A stretch of 64,000 nt of DNA from Deltaproteobacteria bacterium (lineage in GTDB: Bacteria > Myxococcota_A > UBA9160 > SMWR01): the NCBI GenBank assembly GCA_032128115.1, contig JAQBHB010000093.1, forward strand, positions 1 to 64,000, given 5' to 3'. The notes under the pieces were generated by a model, which did not search any database, was not told the DNA's origin, and was given only the letters and a program-made list of their open reading frames with translations. The translations under genes were made by a program, and so were the position numbers. Of the stretch, positions 11,201-20,655 are shown piece by piece. Positions within the stretch are counted from its first letter, which is position 1. The number at the start of each line of letters is the position of its first letter.

Positions 11201-12580
11201 ATGTCGTTCTCGAGCCGATTCCCTGTGACCCGATTCATGCCGGCCCCGGCGGCTCCTTTCGGGGTCCTGCTCGTGGTGGGCATCGGGATGCGCATCCACA
11301 ACGCGCTCCACTACCCGATCCTGTACGGCTTCGATAGCGGCCCGAACTGGCGCTACATCAGGCGACTGACGGATTCCTGGGCGTTGCCCGCCCTGGACGC
11401 CGACTGGTCCACGGGCCACCCGCCCCTGTTCTACTACCTGGGAGCCGCGATCTGTCGCGCGCTCGGCGATCCCGACAAGGATGCCGCGGTGATCATCCTC
11501 CGCCTGGTGAGCGCAGCATTCGGACTGCTTGGCGTGGGGGTCGCGGTAGCGCTGGTTCGGCGCGTGGACCCCGCCGATGGGCGTCGGGCGCTGATCGCGT
11601 GCGCGCTGCTCCTGCTCCTGCCCGTGCACATCTACATGAGCGCCATGTTGAGCGAGGAGATCTTCGTTGCGACGCTCACATCGCTGGCGGTGGGGGGCAT
11701 CGCGTGGGACCTGGCCCGCCCCGGGCGTCCGCGACGACCGATCCTGCGCGCTGCCAGCTGGGGCCTTGCCGGGGGCCTGGCGCTGGCTGCGAAGCTTTCG
11801 GGCCTGCTCGCCATCGCCGCAGCGGGGCTCGCCTACGCCATCGACGGCTGGCGGCGCCGCGAGCTGCGTCTCGCAGCTGCCCGCATTGCCGCATTCGTCG
11901 CGATCGCACTGTTGGTGGGCGGTTGGTGGTACGCTCGCAATTGGGTCCGCCACGGCTTCCTGTACCCTCACGGCCTTTCGACCCATGAAGTGATGTTCAC
12001 GTACCCGCCGGGCGAACGGCGATTCGCGGACTACCTGCGCTTCCCGTTCGATACCTTCACCGATCCGCAGGTGCTCTCGCCCAGGCTACTGCGTTCGGTC
12101 TGGGGCACTACCTACGCCTCGGTCTGGTATGACGCCCATCGGCACTTCCTCCCGAGCCAGAGCCAGGCCGTGAACCGCGTGGGAACCGCGATCCTGCTGC
12201 TGGCGCTGATCCCCACGGCGGCCTTTGGCGTCGGCCTGGCGCGTGGCCTGCGCCGCTCACTGGATTCGCCGTATGGGCCGGATCTTCCCCTCCTGTTGCT
12301 GGTTGCGTTCACGCTGGGCGGCTACGTGCTCTTCACGTGGCGAAACCCCTGGTTTCCTGCCGTGAAGGGCAGCTTTCTCCTGGGACTCTCGCTGCCGTTC
12401 GCCTTCTACGCGAGCGAGACGCTCTCCGGCTGGACCCGCGGGCGACAGGCTCGCTCGCGGCTGATCTCGGTTGGCCTGGGGCTGCTCTTCCTGGCGGTCG
12501 CCGCGGCGTTTACCCAGGGACTCGTCTTCGAGAAATCAGACGTACCGGGCTTCAACTGGACCTTTCCCGGGAGCCCATGA
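11201..12580 (+). CDS. GT-C membrane glycosyltransferase (GT39/ArnT-like)
   Basis: GFDSGPNWRYI, HPPLFYYLGA, LRLVSAAFG, GLALAAKLSG, GGWWYARNW motifs. Confidence 0.75.
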   Translation: MSFSSRFPVTRFMPAPAAPFGVLLVVGIGMRIHNALHYPILYGFDSGPNWRYIRRLTDSWALPALDADWSTGHPPLFYYLGAAICRALGDPDKDAAVIILRLVSAAFGLLGVGVAVALVRRVDPADGRRALIACALLLLLPVHIYMSAMLSEEIFVATLTSLAVGGIAWDLARPGRPRRPILRAASWGLAGGLALAAKLSGLLAIAAAGLAYAIDGWRRRELRLAAARIAAFVAIALLVGGWWYARNWVRHGFLYPHGLSTHEVMFTYPPGERRFADYLRFPFDTFTDPQVLSPRLLRSVWGTTYASVWYDAHRHFLPSQSQAVNRVGTAILLLALIPTAAFGVGLARGLRRSLDSPYGPDLPLLLLVAFTLGGYVLFTWRNPWFPAVKGSFLLGLSLPFAFYASETLSGWTRGRQARSRLISVGLGLLFLAVAAAFTQGLVFEKSDVPGFNWTFPGSP

Positions 12581-14106
12581 GCCCCCCGGCTTCGAAAGCG
12601 ACGCTCCCGCCTCCCGGGCGCAAGGAGTGGCTCGGCGTCGCCGCGCTCACACTGCTGGCCGCGATCCTGCTGCTCACGAACCTGGGCAACCACTACCTGT
12701 GGCAGGACGAGGCGCAGACGGCACTCATCGCGGGGACGACCCTCGAAACCGGCATTCCCCGCGGCCACGACGGGGTGAACTCCTTTTCCCAGGAATTCGG
12801 TGTGGAATACGGAGACACCGGCATCTGGAAGTGGCACACCTGGCTCTCGTTCTACATCTGCGCCGCGTCCCTTGGACTTCTCGGTCCGACGACGCTGGCG
12901 GCACGCTTGCCCTTTGCCCTCTTCGCGATTGCAACGGTGATCCTGACCTATTTCACTTCGCGATCGCTCTGGTGTGACCGGCGAGCCGCCGCTTTCTCTG
13001 CCACGCTGCTGACCCTCTGCGTCCCGTACCTGATCCTGGGCCGCCAGTGCCGTTATTACAGCGTCGCCGCCTTCTTCACGCTCGCGGCACTGCTCGCGTA
13101 CACGCGCTTGCGCCCGGGTGAGCGCGCCTGGGCCGCGGCGCTTTTTGCCGCGGCAACGCTGCTCTTTCACACCCACTACGTCTATTGCGCCACCCTCCTG
13201 GCCACGTTGCTCGCCCACTCGCTGTTCCTGGAGCGAAGCCGGTTCGCGCAGGTCTTCGCCGTTTCGGCAGGGGTCACGCTCTTCAACGCTCCCTGGATCG
13301 CCTGGTTCTCGAGCATCCGCTACGGCGAGAATTACGCCGGCCGGATCCTCGACCTGGGCCTGAGTGCGGAGATCGGTCTGCGGCTCGTGACGCAGCTGGT
13401 GGACTACTTCCTCCACCCGGTGTTCGTGGCAGTCGCGATCGGTTTCGCCGTCGTGCAGGTGTTCCGGGGAGAACCGATCCTGGCGCCCCGAATGCGCAGT
13501 TCCGTCTGGCTGGTGCTGCTCTTCTGTGCGGTGAATGTCGCGTTCCTCGCCATTGCCGCTCCTAGCGCCTACTTCCGCTACCTGACGCCGCTTGCGGCGC
13601 CTGTCTTCCTTCTGGTGGGCCCGCTGATGAGCGCTCTTTCGCGTCGGTCGCTGCTCCTGACCGGCGCCGCAGTCTCGATCTGGCTCGCGCTGGGCTCACT
13701 GCATCTGTTCGTCTACGAACTCACCCACGACTTCGACGGGCCCATCGAGGGAATCGTGAAGACGCTGAAGGCGCGTGGCGCACCGGACCAGATCGTGGCC
13801 GTCAACTACGGAGACCTCCCCATCAAGTTCTACACCGGGATGCGCGTCGTGGGAGGGCTCACGGGAGAGGATCTGGAGGCGGCGGGGGCGGCCGACTGGA
13901 TCATCCTGCGCAAGGACAATGTCGGCGCGCAGGAAGACCTCCGGATTCGCAAGTTCCTGGCGGCACTGCTCCGATCGGGAGCGTATGAGGGAATCCAGAT
14001 CGAGTACCCGGACACACCCTTTGAAAACCGCGAGGACCCGGGCCTCCATCGATTCCGGACACAGGAAGGCGTGAAGAACGTGCGGCTGTATCGAAGACGC
14101 CGCTGA
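12577..14106 (+). CDS. GT-C membrane glycosyltransferase (GT39/ArnT-like)
   Basis: LW.DEA (LWQDEAQTA), AARLPFALF, RQCRYYS, YFRYL motifs; ATGA overlap with the previous gene. Confidence 0.8.
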   Translation: MSPPASKATLPPPGRKEWLGVAALTLLAAILLLTNLGNHYLWQDEAQTALIAGTTLETGIPRGHDGVNSFSQEFGVEYGDTGIWKWHTWLSFYICAASLGLLGPTTLAARLPFALFAIATVILTYFTSRSLWCDRRAAAFSATLLTLCVPYLILGRQCRYYSVAAFFTLAALLAYTRLRPGERAWAAALFAAATLLFHTHYVYCATLLATLLAHSLFLERSRFAQVFAVSAGVTLFNAPWIAWFSSIRYGENYAGRILDLGLSAEIGLRLVTQLVDYFLHPVFVAVAIGFAVVQVFRGEPILAPRMRSSVWLVLLFCAVNVAFLAIAAPSAYFRYLTPLAAPVFLLVGPLMSALSRRSLLLTGAAVSIWLALGSLHLFVYELTHDFDGPIEGIVKTLKARGAPDQIVAVNYGDLPIKFYTGMRVVGGLTGEDLEAAGAADWIILRKDNVGAQEDLRIRKFLAALLRSGAYEGIQIEYPDTPFENREDPGLHRFRTQEGVKNVRLYRRRR

Positions 14107-14192
14107 CCGGACTCGCCAGGGTCGCCGTGGGCCTGCGGGGGCCGGGCGTGGCGCTGGGAAAGCGGTTCCGGGACTGAGCAGCGATCGCCGGC

Positions 14193-17033
14193 TCAGGGAC
14201 CGGCGCCGGTTCGCAGGGCGAGGGCTCTCTGCTGGAAGGGAAGGGCGTCGTCCCGGCGTCCCTGACCGGTATAGAGTGCAGCCCGATAGACCGCCTCGTA
14301 GAAACCCATCTCGCCCGGGTCCACGACGCGACCGCGCGCGGCGCGTGTAGCGACGCCTTCGCTTTCCGGCGCGGCCCGGGCTCGGGCCACGAACGCCTTG
14401 TCCAACGCGTGTTTGTAGAGGCGGGCCGCATCGGCGAACTCTGAGCGGCGGACCGGTTCGCCCTCGCTCGCTCGGTAGGCGACATAGCGGTCCAGGAGGA
14501 TGTCGCTGCTGGATCCCGTTCCCCGGAGGAGCGGGTCGTTGCGCTGCAGGAAGTCCGAGTTCACGCCCTCGAAGAAGCTTCGGGGCGCCTGGTATTCGAG
14601 CCGCTGGTGTCTCGCGGTGTTGAGCGGGCCGGGTGGGAGGAGTTCCGGAAGGCGTTCGGCCGAGATCGCGTGGTGGCTGAGGAGAGTCGCCAGGTTGGTT
14701 ACACCCATTCGGGCCAGGTCGTTTCGGACTGCGGGCTCGTCGAAGCGAAGCTCGATCTCGTTGAAGTCCGGCTCGAGGGGATCCATCGAGGCCGTGGCGA
14801 TGATGTCGGAAAAATCAGGGGAGCGGAACACGAGCACGTGGGGAAAGACCGAATTCAGCGAGCGAAGCACCAGATCGACGGACGCGTCCGATTGCTCGTA
14901 CTGGTGGAACCACACCGCGCCGACGCCGCCCGGGTTGAGCCGGTCGCGCACGTTCTCGAAGAATTCCACGGTGAACAGGCCGGCGATCCCCGCGATCCAC
15001 GGGTTCGAGGGTTCGGAGATGATCACGTCATAGCGATGGGGTACCGCGCGCACGAAGCTCTGGCCGTCGTCCATGTAGACATGGGTCCGGGGATCTTCAA
15101 GGGCGTTGTAGTTGGCTTCGGAAAAAATTTCATGCGCGCCGATCACGCCGGTCGAGATCTCGACCACGTCAACGCGTTCGACCGGGTGGCGCAACACGGA
15201 TCCCGTGGTGATGCCGGAGCCGTAACCGATGACCAGCACGTCGCGGGCGTCGGGGACGAGGAAGAGGGGAATGTGTCCAAGCAGCAGCTGCGTGTTGAGA
15301 TCGCGGTAGGTCGAAGCGTCTGGTTTTCCGTTTACATAGAGGACGACCTGGTGTCCGTTGTCGTAGGCCATTACCGAGGTGTGCGCGTCCTCCTCGAAGT
15401 AGAATCGTTGGGCGGTCTCAACCGGCAGCATGTAACGTTGCTTCCAGGCCTGGAAGCTCGATGCGGGGTGTCGGGCCCGCGTGTCGTCGTCGTCGCCGGC
15501 CCCCGGTCCTTCCCAGAGCTCGAGGTGGCTGCGTGCGAAGGTCACGGGTTCGATCCAGCCGATCCCCGCGAGGATCTGGAGGGTGGCAACGCCTACCGCC
15601 AGCGCAACCGCTGCGATCCGACGGGCGGCCGGGACTTCGCTGGCGACGAGGAGGATCAACGTGCCCGCCGCGAAGTTCATCGCAAGCTCGAAGTGGAAGG
15701 CTCCGAGCAGACCCAATGCCGGAAGCAGGACGAGGCTGGTCCCCACCGCACCGAGCACGTTGCCAACGGTGTTCCAGGCGTAGGTCGAACCAACCCGGAA
15801 TCCGATCTGGTCGGCGCTCCGAGTCTGGATTCGCGCAACCAACGGAAAGCCGAAGCCGAGACAGGTGGCGGGGAGCAGGAGCACCGCCAGGCAGAGCGCG
15901 GCTTTGCCCAGCTGGTACAGCTCGAAGCCGAATCTGGCGCCGTGAAGGTCGATGCGCAGCAGTGCGATCAAATAGGGTAGACGCGAGATCAGGGGGGTCA
16001 CGGCCAGGAACGCGACCACGACGACGAGCTGGGTCACGCCGAGAATCCACAGCGGGCGCTCGATGCGCAGCCGTGAGGCGATTGCGCTGCCCAGTCCGAT
16101 TCCCGTGATGAAACACATCAGCATCACGGTGAACGAGTACGTCGAGAGACCGAATGCCAGCGCGATGACCCGCGTGAAGAGCACCTCGTATCCCATCGCC
16201 GCGAAACCGCTCAGAGCCAGGGCGACCAGGGCCGCTGCGTATTGATGGGATCGATACGCCGGGGCGGGCGCAGGGGCGAGGCCGTGTTCTGGCAGCGTCG
16301 CGGCGGAGGGGGGTTCGACCCGATCCTCGGCTCGCGCGGGTCCGAGTACGAGGGCGGCAGCCCCGAAGTTCAGGAAGGATGCGATCGCGAGGGAAGGGTA
16401 GACGCCCAGCAGCGGAAGCGTGACGAAACCGGCGGTTCCCGCGCCGAGCACGGCCCCGAAGCTGTTGATTGCGTACAGGCCTGCGACCCGTGTCTGGGTC
16501 TCATCGACCTGGCCGATCAGCCGCCGCGCCAGGAGGGGGAGGGTCCCCCCCATGAGAACCGCCGGAAACAGCACTGTCGAGATGGCCAGGGAGAGGCGCA
16601 GGATCAGCTTGAGTTCCGCCGACTCGAAGAAGAGACCGGCCATGGCGACGTAACCCGAGCCCATGACCCACACCAGCAGGGGTAGCAGCAGGCAGTAACC
16701 GCCGATCAGGAGTTCGAGGACGACATAGGTGCGAAGGGGGCGGCCGAGCCGGTCCACCCGGCGTCCGAACACGACCGAGCCGAGCGCGAGACCGCCCATG
16801 AAGACCGCGAGCACGATCGCCTGGGCGTGGGCGGTGGCGCCGATCAATCCCACCAGCAGCTTCGCCCAGACCACCTGGTGCATGAGTCCGGCGAAGCCGC
16901 TCAGGCAGAAGGCGGCAACGATCGTTCTCTCCAGACGCAGGGCGCGCCTGCGCGTCGCCCGGCCCCGGGGTCGCTTCGGCTTCTGCCCCTTCTGTCCCCT
17001 CTGCCCCGCTTGGGATCTACGTCGCTTCGCCAT
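14193..17033 (-). CDS. Fused MFS-like membrane domain / spermidine-synthase-like SAM-binding protein
   Basis: SGFAGLMHQVVW, VLAVFMGGLALGS, LYAINSFGAVLG repeated membrane halves; VLVIGYGSGIT, VEIS, DDG..F, YDVIISEPSNPW, LFTVEFF. Confidence 0.88.
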   Translation of the reverse strand: MAKRRRSQAGQRGQKGQKPKRPRGRATRRRALRLERTIVAAFCLSGFAGLMHQVVWAKLLVGLIGATAHAQAIVLAVFMGGLALGSVVFGRRVDRLGRPLRTYVVLELLIGGYCLLLPLLVWVMGSGYVAMAGLFFESAELKLILRLSLAISTVLFPAVLMGGTLPLLARRLIGQVDETQTRVAGLYAINSFGAVLGAGTAGFVTLPLLGVYPSLAIASFLNFGAAALVLGPARAEDRVEPPSAATLPEHGLAPAPAPAYRSHQYAAALVALALSGFAAMGYEVLFTRVIALAFGLSTYSFTVMLMCFITGIGLGSAIASRLRIERPLWILGVTQLVVVVAFLAVTPLISRLPYLIALLRIDLHGARFGFELYQLGKAALCLAVLLLPATCLGFGFPLVARIQTRSADQIGFRVGSTYAWNTVGNVLGAVGTSLVLLPALGLLGAFHFELAMNFAAGTLILLVASEVPAARRIAAVALAVGVATLQILAGIGWIEPVTFARSHLELWEGPGAGDDDDTRARHPASSFQAWKQRYMLPVETAQRFYFEEDAHTSVMAYDNGHQVVLYVNGKPDASTYRDLNTQLLLGHIPLFLVPDARDVLVIGYGSGITTGSVLRHPVERVDVVEISTGVIGAHEIFSEANYNALEDPRTHVYMDDGQSFVRAVPHRYDVIISEPSNPWIAGIAGLFTVEFFENVRDRLNPGGVGAVWFHQYEQSDASVDLVLRSLNSVFPHVLVFRSPDFSDIIATASMDPLEPDFNEIELRFDEPAVRNDLARMGVTNLATLLSHHAISAERLPELLPPGPLNTARHQRLEYQAPRSFFEGVNSDFLQRNDPLLRGTGSSSDILLDRYVAYRASEGEPVRRSEFADAARLYKHALDKAFVARARAAPESEGVATRAARGRVVDPGEMGFYEAVYRAALYTGQGRRDDALPFQQRALALRTGAGP

Positions 17034-17153
17034 TCGCCCTCGCCAGCGATGCGTGCCTACAGGCGGCCAAAGAGCCTCATGAACGGTCTCTTCGGACGCA
17101 AGCTGCGCGTTCTTGATGGGTTCGAGCCGAGGCCGCTTCCCGCGTCCGGCGGG

Positions 17154-17281
17154 GCGCAAAAACCTGCGCAGTTGCGCAAGGGATTGCGCAGCAGGGAGCC
17201 TGACGGGCGATCCTGAGAATCAAAAAAGATGTTCTAAATCTGCTAGTTATGAAATTGACCGTCCTCGGCATGTTACTTGCT
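17154..17281 (+). promoter_or_regulatory. Sigma54 promoter with tandem enhancer-like sites upstream of fimU
   Basis: CGGCAT-gttac-TTGCT at 17266-17281 (-24/-12); inverted repeats gcgca-N6-tgcgc (17154-17169) and tgcgcaa-N4-ttgcgca (17173-17190); AT-rich spacer in between. Confidence 0.7.
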
Positions 17282-17321
17282 TCGAGACTCCCCGGATTCC
17301 TTGCACGGGGAAGCACACGAC

Positions 17322-17978
17322 GTGAGCAAACGCAGACAGGCCGGCTTCACGCTGCTCGAACTCATGACCGCGGTCGCCATCATCGCGCTTCTCACGGGGC
17401 TCTCGGCTCCCTCGATCATGCGATGGGTGGAGAAGCAGCGGTTCAAGGATGCCGGCCGCAATGCCGCGGGCCTCATCAGCTACGCCCGCGGTCAGGCGCT
17501 TCGAACCGGCGATGTCTTCATCGTCTTTTTCGACACCGACGCCCAGGGCGCCGCCCTGATGGACAGCGGGGGAAACCCGGTGCCCGTGCTGGTGCTGAAC
17601 GACGGCATACCCGGTTCGGCCAACCAGAACTGCAAGATCGATGTCGGTGAGGAAACCCGAACCGTGAGAGCGACCAATGGCGTGATGTGGGGCATGGCCA
17701 ATGCGACCGGGAAGGCCCCAAGCGACGCCGGCACCGGCGACCCCGCCAGCGGCTGGACCTTCATCGACCCGGACACCGCTGCCGCCAGTTGGCTCCTGTT
17801 TCGACCCGAGGGCACTCCCTTCTCGTTCGCGCCGGATTGTGACATCGGTGACGTGGGAAGCGGCGCGGGCGGCATCTACTTCACGGATGGTGATGACGAC
17901 CAATCGATCATCGTCACGCCGCTCGGTGCGGTTCGCGTGCACACGTGGGTCAACAACCTCAGCGCATGGAGCAGTTGA
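17322..17978 (+). CDS. fimU: Type IV minor pilin FimU/FimT
   Basis: Class III signal RRQAG|FTLLELM; ARGQAL and FRPEG features typical of FimT/GspH. Confidence 0.85.
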   Translation: MSKRRQAGFTLLELMTAVAIIALLTGLSAPSIMRWVEKQRFKDAGRNAAGLISYARGQALRTGDVFIVFFDTDAQGAALMDSGGNPVPVLVLNDGIPGSANQNCKIDVGEETRTVRATNGVMWGMANATGKAPSDAGTGDPASGWTFIDPDTAAASWLLFRPEGTPFSFAPDCDIGDVGSGAGGIYFTDGDDDQSIIVTPLGAVRVHTWVNNLSAWSS

Positions 17979-18421
17979 TGCGAAACATCTCCTCGACACG
18001 ACCTTCCCGAAAGCGGGAACGCGCCTCCGGATTCACGCTGCTGGAAGTCATGATCGCCCTGGGTCTGCTGGCGGTGGGCGTGCTTGGCGTGGCCGGTGCC
18101 CAGATCACGGCACTCAAATATTCTCGCGACTCGAGCCTTCGCGCCCAGGCGATGTTCGTGGCCGAACAGCAGCTCGAGACGATCCACGGCATGTCGCCGA
18201 TAAACGTGATCGCGCTGAAGGCGGATTCCGACTATCCCGACGCGTACGATCCCATCGATCCGACTCCCGGGGACGGGGATCCGACCACCTTCGAGCGCAG
18301 ATTGGACATCTCGGAGGATGCCCCGGAAGTCGGCGTCATGACCATCACCGTCGAAGTCGACTGGACGAACTCGCTCGGCCTGACCCAGACCCTGAGCCTG
18401 CGCTCGATGAAGGCCTCCTGA
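17978..18421 (+). CDS. pilV: Type IV minor pilin PilV
   Basis: ASG|FTLLEVMIALGLLAVGVLGVA; A..VAEQQLE; TITVEVDW. Confidence 0.85.
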   Translation: MRNISSTRPSRKRERASGFTLLEVMIALGLLAVGVLGVAGAQITALKYSRDSSLRAQAMFVAEQQLETIHGMSPINVIALKADSDYPDAYDPIDPTPGDGDPTTFERRLDISEDAPEVGVMTITVEVDWTNSLGLTQTLSLRSMKAS

Positions 18422-18423
18422 GC

Positions 18424-19332
18424 ATGCGCCAAAACAAGCGAGCCGCAGGATTCACGCTGGTCGAGCTGATGGTCACGACCATCATCCTGTCCGTCTTGAC
18501 CATCCAGATCTTCTCCATGTTCAGCACGCAGCAAAAGTCGTTTGTGACCCATGAGGACACCGTGGAGGCCCAGGAGGACAGCCGGCTGGCTACGTCGTTC
18601 ATCCTCTCGGATCTCCGGATGGCGGGTTTCATGGTTCCCCGGCTCGCAGGAATCGCCAGCGCCGACGGCGGCACCGGCGGTTCCGATCGCTTCTGCGTCA
18701 GTGACTCCAGTGTCATCAATGACACGACGCTCGTCGAAGCGGCTGAACATTTCGACCGCGCGAGTCTTACGGGCGACATCGATGGCAACGACGGCAGCGT
18801 GATTGTAAGCGCGGGAGAGCTCGATATCGACGAGGATGGCGACAGCGACTTCACCGTGGGGCGGGGAATCATCATCTCCGCGGGTACGAACTCCCATTGC
18901 GCCACCATCCAGACCGTCAATACGGGATCCAACACGATCACCTTCCTCCCGCAAACGCCGGGCGGCTTTGTCGGCCCGATCCCGGGCGTGCGCGTCGTAC
19001 CCGCCCGCGTCTACCAGATGACCTCGAACGGAATCACGCGGGACGGCATGGTCCTCTCGAACCTGGTCGAAGACATCCAGGTCGAATTCGGCGTCGACGC
19101 CAACGACAATGGCCAGCTCGATGGCGGCGAGTTCCCCATCCACGATCTGGATGGCTTCGATCCGGCTCTGGTGCGCACGGTTCGGCTCACCCTGATCACG
19201 CGCACGCCACTGGATGATCCGGACCACGTCGGGAGTGGGCGGCCCGCCGCAGCGAACCGGACCGCCGGCGCCGCGGACGGCTTCCGGCGGCGCTCGTTCC
19301 TCGCGACCGCCATGCCGCGGAACCTGCAGTGA
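18424..19332 (+). CDS. pilW: Type IV minor pilin PilW
   Basis: AAG|FTLVELMV; DLRMAGF; VEDIQVEFGVD; ends ..PRNLQ. Confidence 0.85.
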   Translation: MRQNKRAAGFTLVELMVTTIILSVLTIQIFSMFSTQQKSFVTHEDTVEAQEDSRLATSFILSDLRMAGFMVPRLAGIASADGGTGGSDRFCVSDSSVINDTTLVEAAEHFDRASLTGDIDGNDGSVIVSAGELDIDEDGDSDFTVGRGIIISAGTNSHCATIQTVNTGSNTITFLPQTPGGFVGPIPGVRVVPARVYQMTSNGITRDGMVLSNLVEDIQVEFGVDANDNGQLDGGEFPIHDLDGFDPALVRTVRLTLITRTPLDDPDHVGSGRPAAANRTAGAADGFRRRSFLATAMPRNLQ

Positions 19333-19364
19333 GGTAGGCCGCGTCCGCGACGGGTCGAGAGGGG

Positions 19365-20486
19365 ATGGACAAAATGCGAAGATTGCACCACGGCGAGGCG
19401 CTCAGCCTGCTTTGGGTCGTGCTGGCGGCGTTCTCGTTCTTCCTGGCGTGCGGCTCGGACCCCGCGCCTGAACGGGCGACGACCCCGGCCGAAGGCGAGG
19501 GTCGAGACACCGGGTCGACAACCCAACCGGACTTCGATCGGAGGGACTTCGATCGGAGGGACTCCGATCGGGGGCCGCTCGACCCCGCGCTGGCACCCCG
19601 AAAGGGCGGCAACCAGCCCCCGGTCATCACCTGGGTAAACCTCGAACCGTCGTCCCCCTCGGCCGGTGGCACGGTGCGGGTAACCGCGGCTGCCGCTGAT
19701 GCGGAGGGCGACCGCCTCGAGATTTCCTACACCTGGCGACTCAACGGAAAGCCGATCCGGGGCGCCGGGGATTCCGTGTCTCTCGAGGACACCAAGAGGG
19801 GCGACATCCTGGAAGTCTCCGTCTCGGCCGGGGACGGTCGCTCGGTAAGCACTCCCCATACGATTTCCGTCGAACTCCGGAACCGCCCGCCGGAGGTCAC
19901 GGCCGTGCGGATCGTGCCCGACCCGAAGTCGCCGCCCGGGGGCAAGCTGCGAGCGGTGGCGACGGCCACGGATGCCGACGGCGACGCCCTGGAGCTGACC
20001 TACCGGTGGAACGTAAACGGTGGCACGGTGCCCGGCGACGGGCCGGAGCTGGAGACGACCGTGGGCCACGGCGACTGGGTCACGCTGCGGGTGATCGCCA
20101 GAGACGGAGCAGACGATAGCGAGCCGTTCGATCTGCCGGACGTCCAGATCGAGAACGCCGCGCCGTTGATCGTCTCCATGCCGGGCGCCCCCGGTAGCGA
20201 CGGCGTGTTCCGATACCAGGTCGAGGCGGAGGACGTCGACAAGGACCGCCCGTTCCGTTTCAGCCTCGAGAAGGCACCGGAAGGCATGACCGTAAACGAG
20301 CAGACCGGGGTCGTCGAGTGGCTTCCCGGTGCGAAGCAGGCCGGCCGACACACGATCGAGATCGCCGTACACGACTCGCGGGGTGCGTCCGCTACCCAGA
20401 GTTTCGAACTGACCGTGGGCGAGGAAGAACTGGCCGTGGGCGAGGAAGAGACGGCTGACGGAGCCAAGGAGCAGCGGGGCGGCTGA
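19365..20486 (+). CDS. Lipoprotein with tandem Ig/cadherin-like domains
   Basis: Lipobox FLAC; repeated NxPP.I...A.DADGD.L...Y.W..NG units; C-terminal putative Ig (PEGMTVN..TG.VEW.P). Confidence 0.75.
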   Translation: MDKMRRLHHGEALSLLWVVLAAFSFFLACGSDPAPERATTPAEGEGRDTGSTTQPDFDRRDFDRRDSDRGPLDPALAPRKGGNQPPVITWVNLEPSSPSAGGTVRVTAAAADAEGDRLEISYTWRLNGKPIRGAGDSVSLEDTKRGDILEVSVSAGDGRSVSTPHTISVELRNRPPEVTAVRIVPDPKSPPGGKLRAVATATDADGDALELTYRWNVNGGTVPGDGPELETTVGHGDWVTLRVIARDGADDSEPFDLPDVQIENAAPLIVSMPGAPGSDGVFRYQVEAEDVDKDRPFRFSLEKAPEGMTVNEQTGVVEWLPGAKQAGRHTIEIAVHDSRGASATQSFELTVGEEELAVGEEETADGAKEQRGG

Positions 20487-20599
20487 GACCCTTGCCGCCG
20501 TCTGCGCCTACTACGCAATTTCAGGTTCGACCCCGCAGATTGCTTCGCCTCACGCTGATGCAGAAGCGACTCTCGGGCCACCAGAAGGCTTGACAACCC

Positions 20600-20615
20600 T
20601 GGAACGATCTTTGCA
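20600..20615 (+). promoter_or_regulatory. Sigma54 -24/-12 promoter upstream of pilY1
   Basis: TGGAAC-gatct-TTGCA, one mismatch to TGGCAC-N5-TTGCW, 40 bp before the ATG. Confidence 0.6.
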
Positions 20616-20655
20616 CAGGAACCTGGGCAATCGATCACATCGGGAAACAAACACC

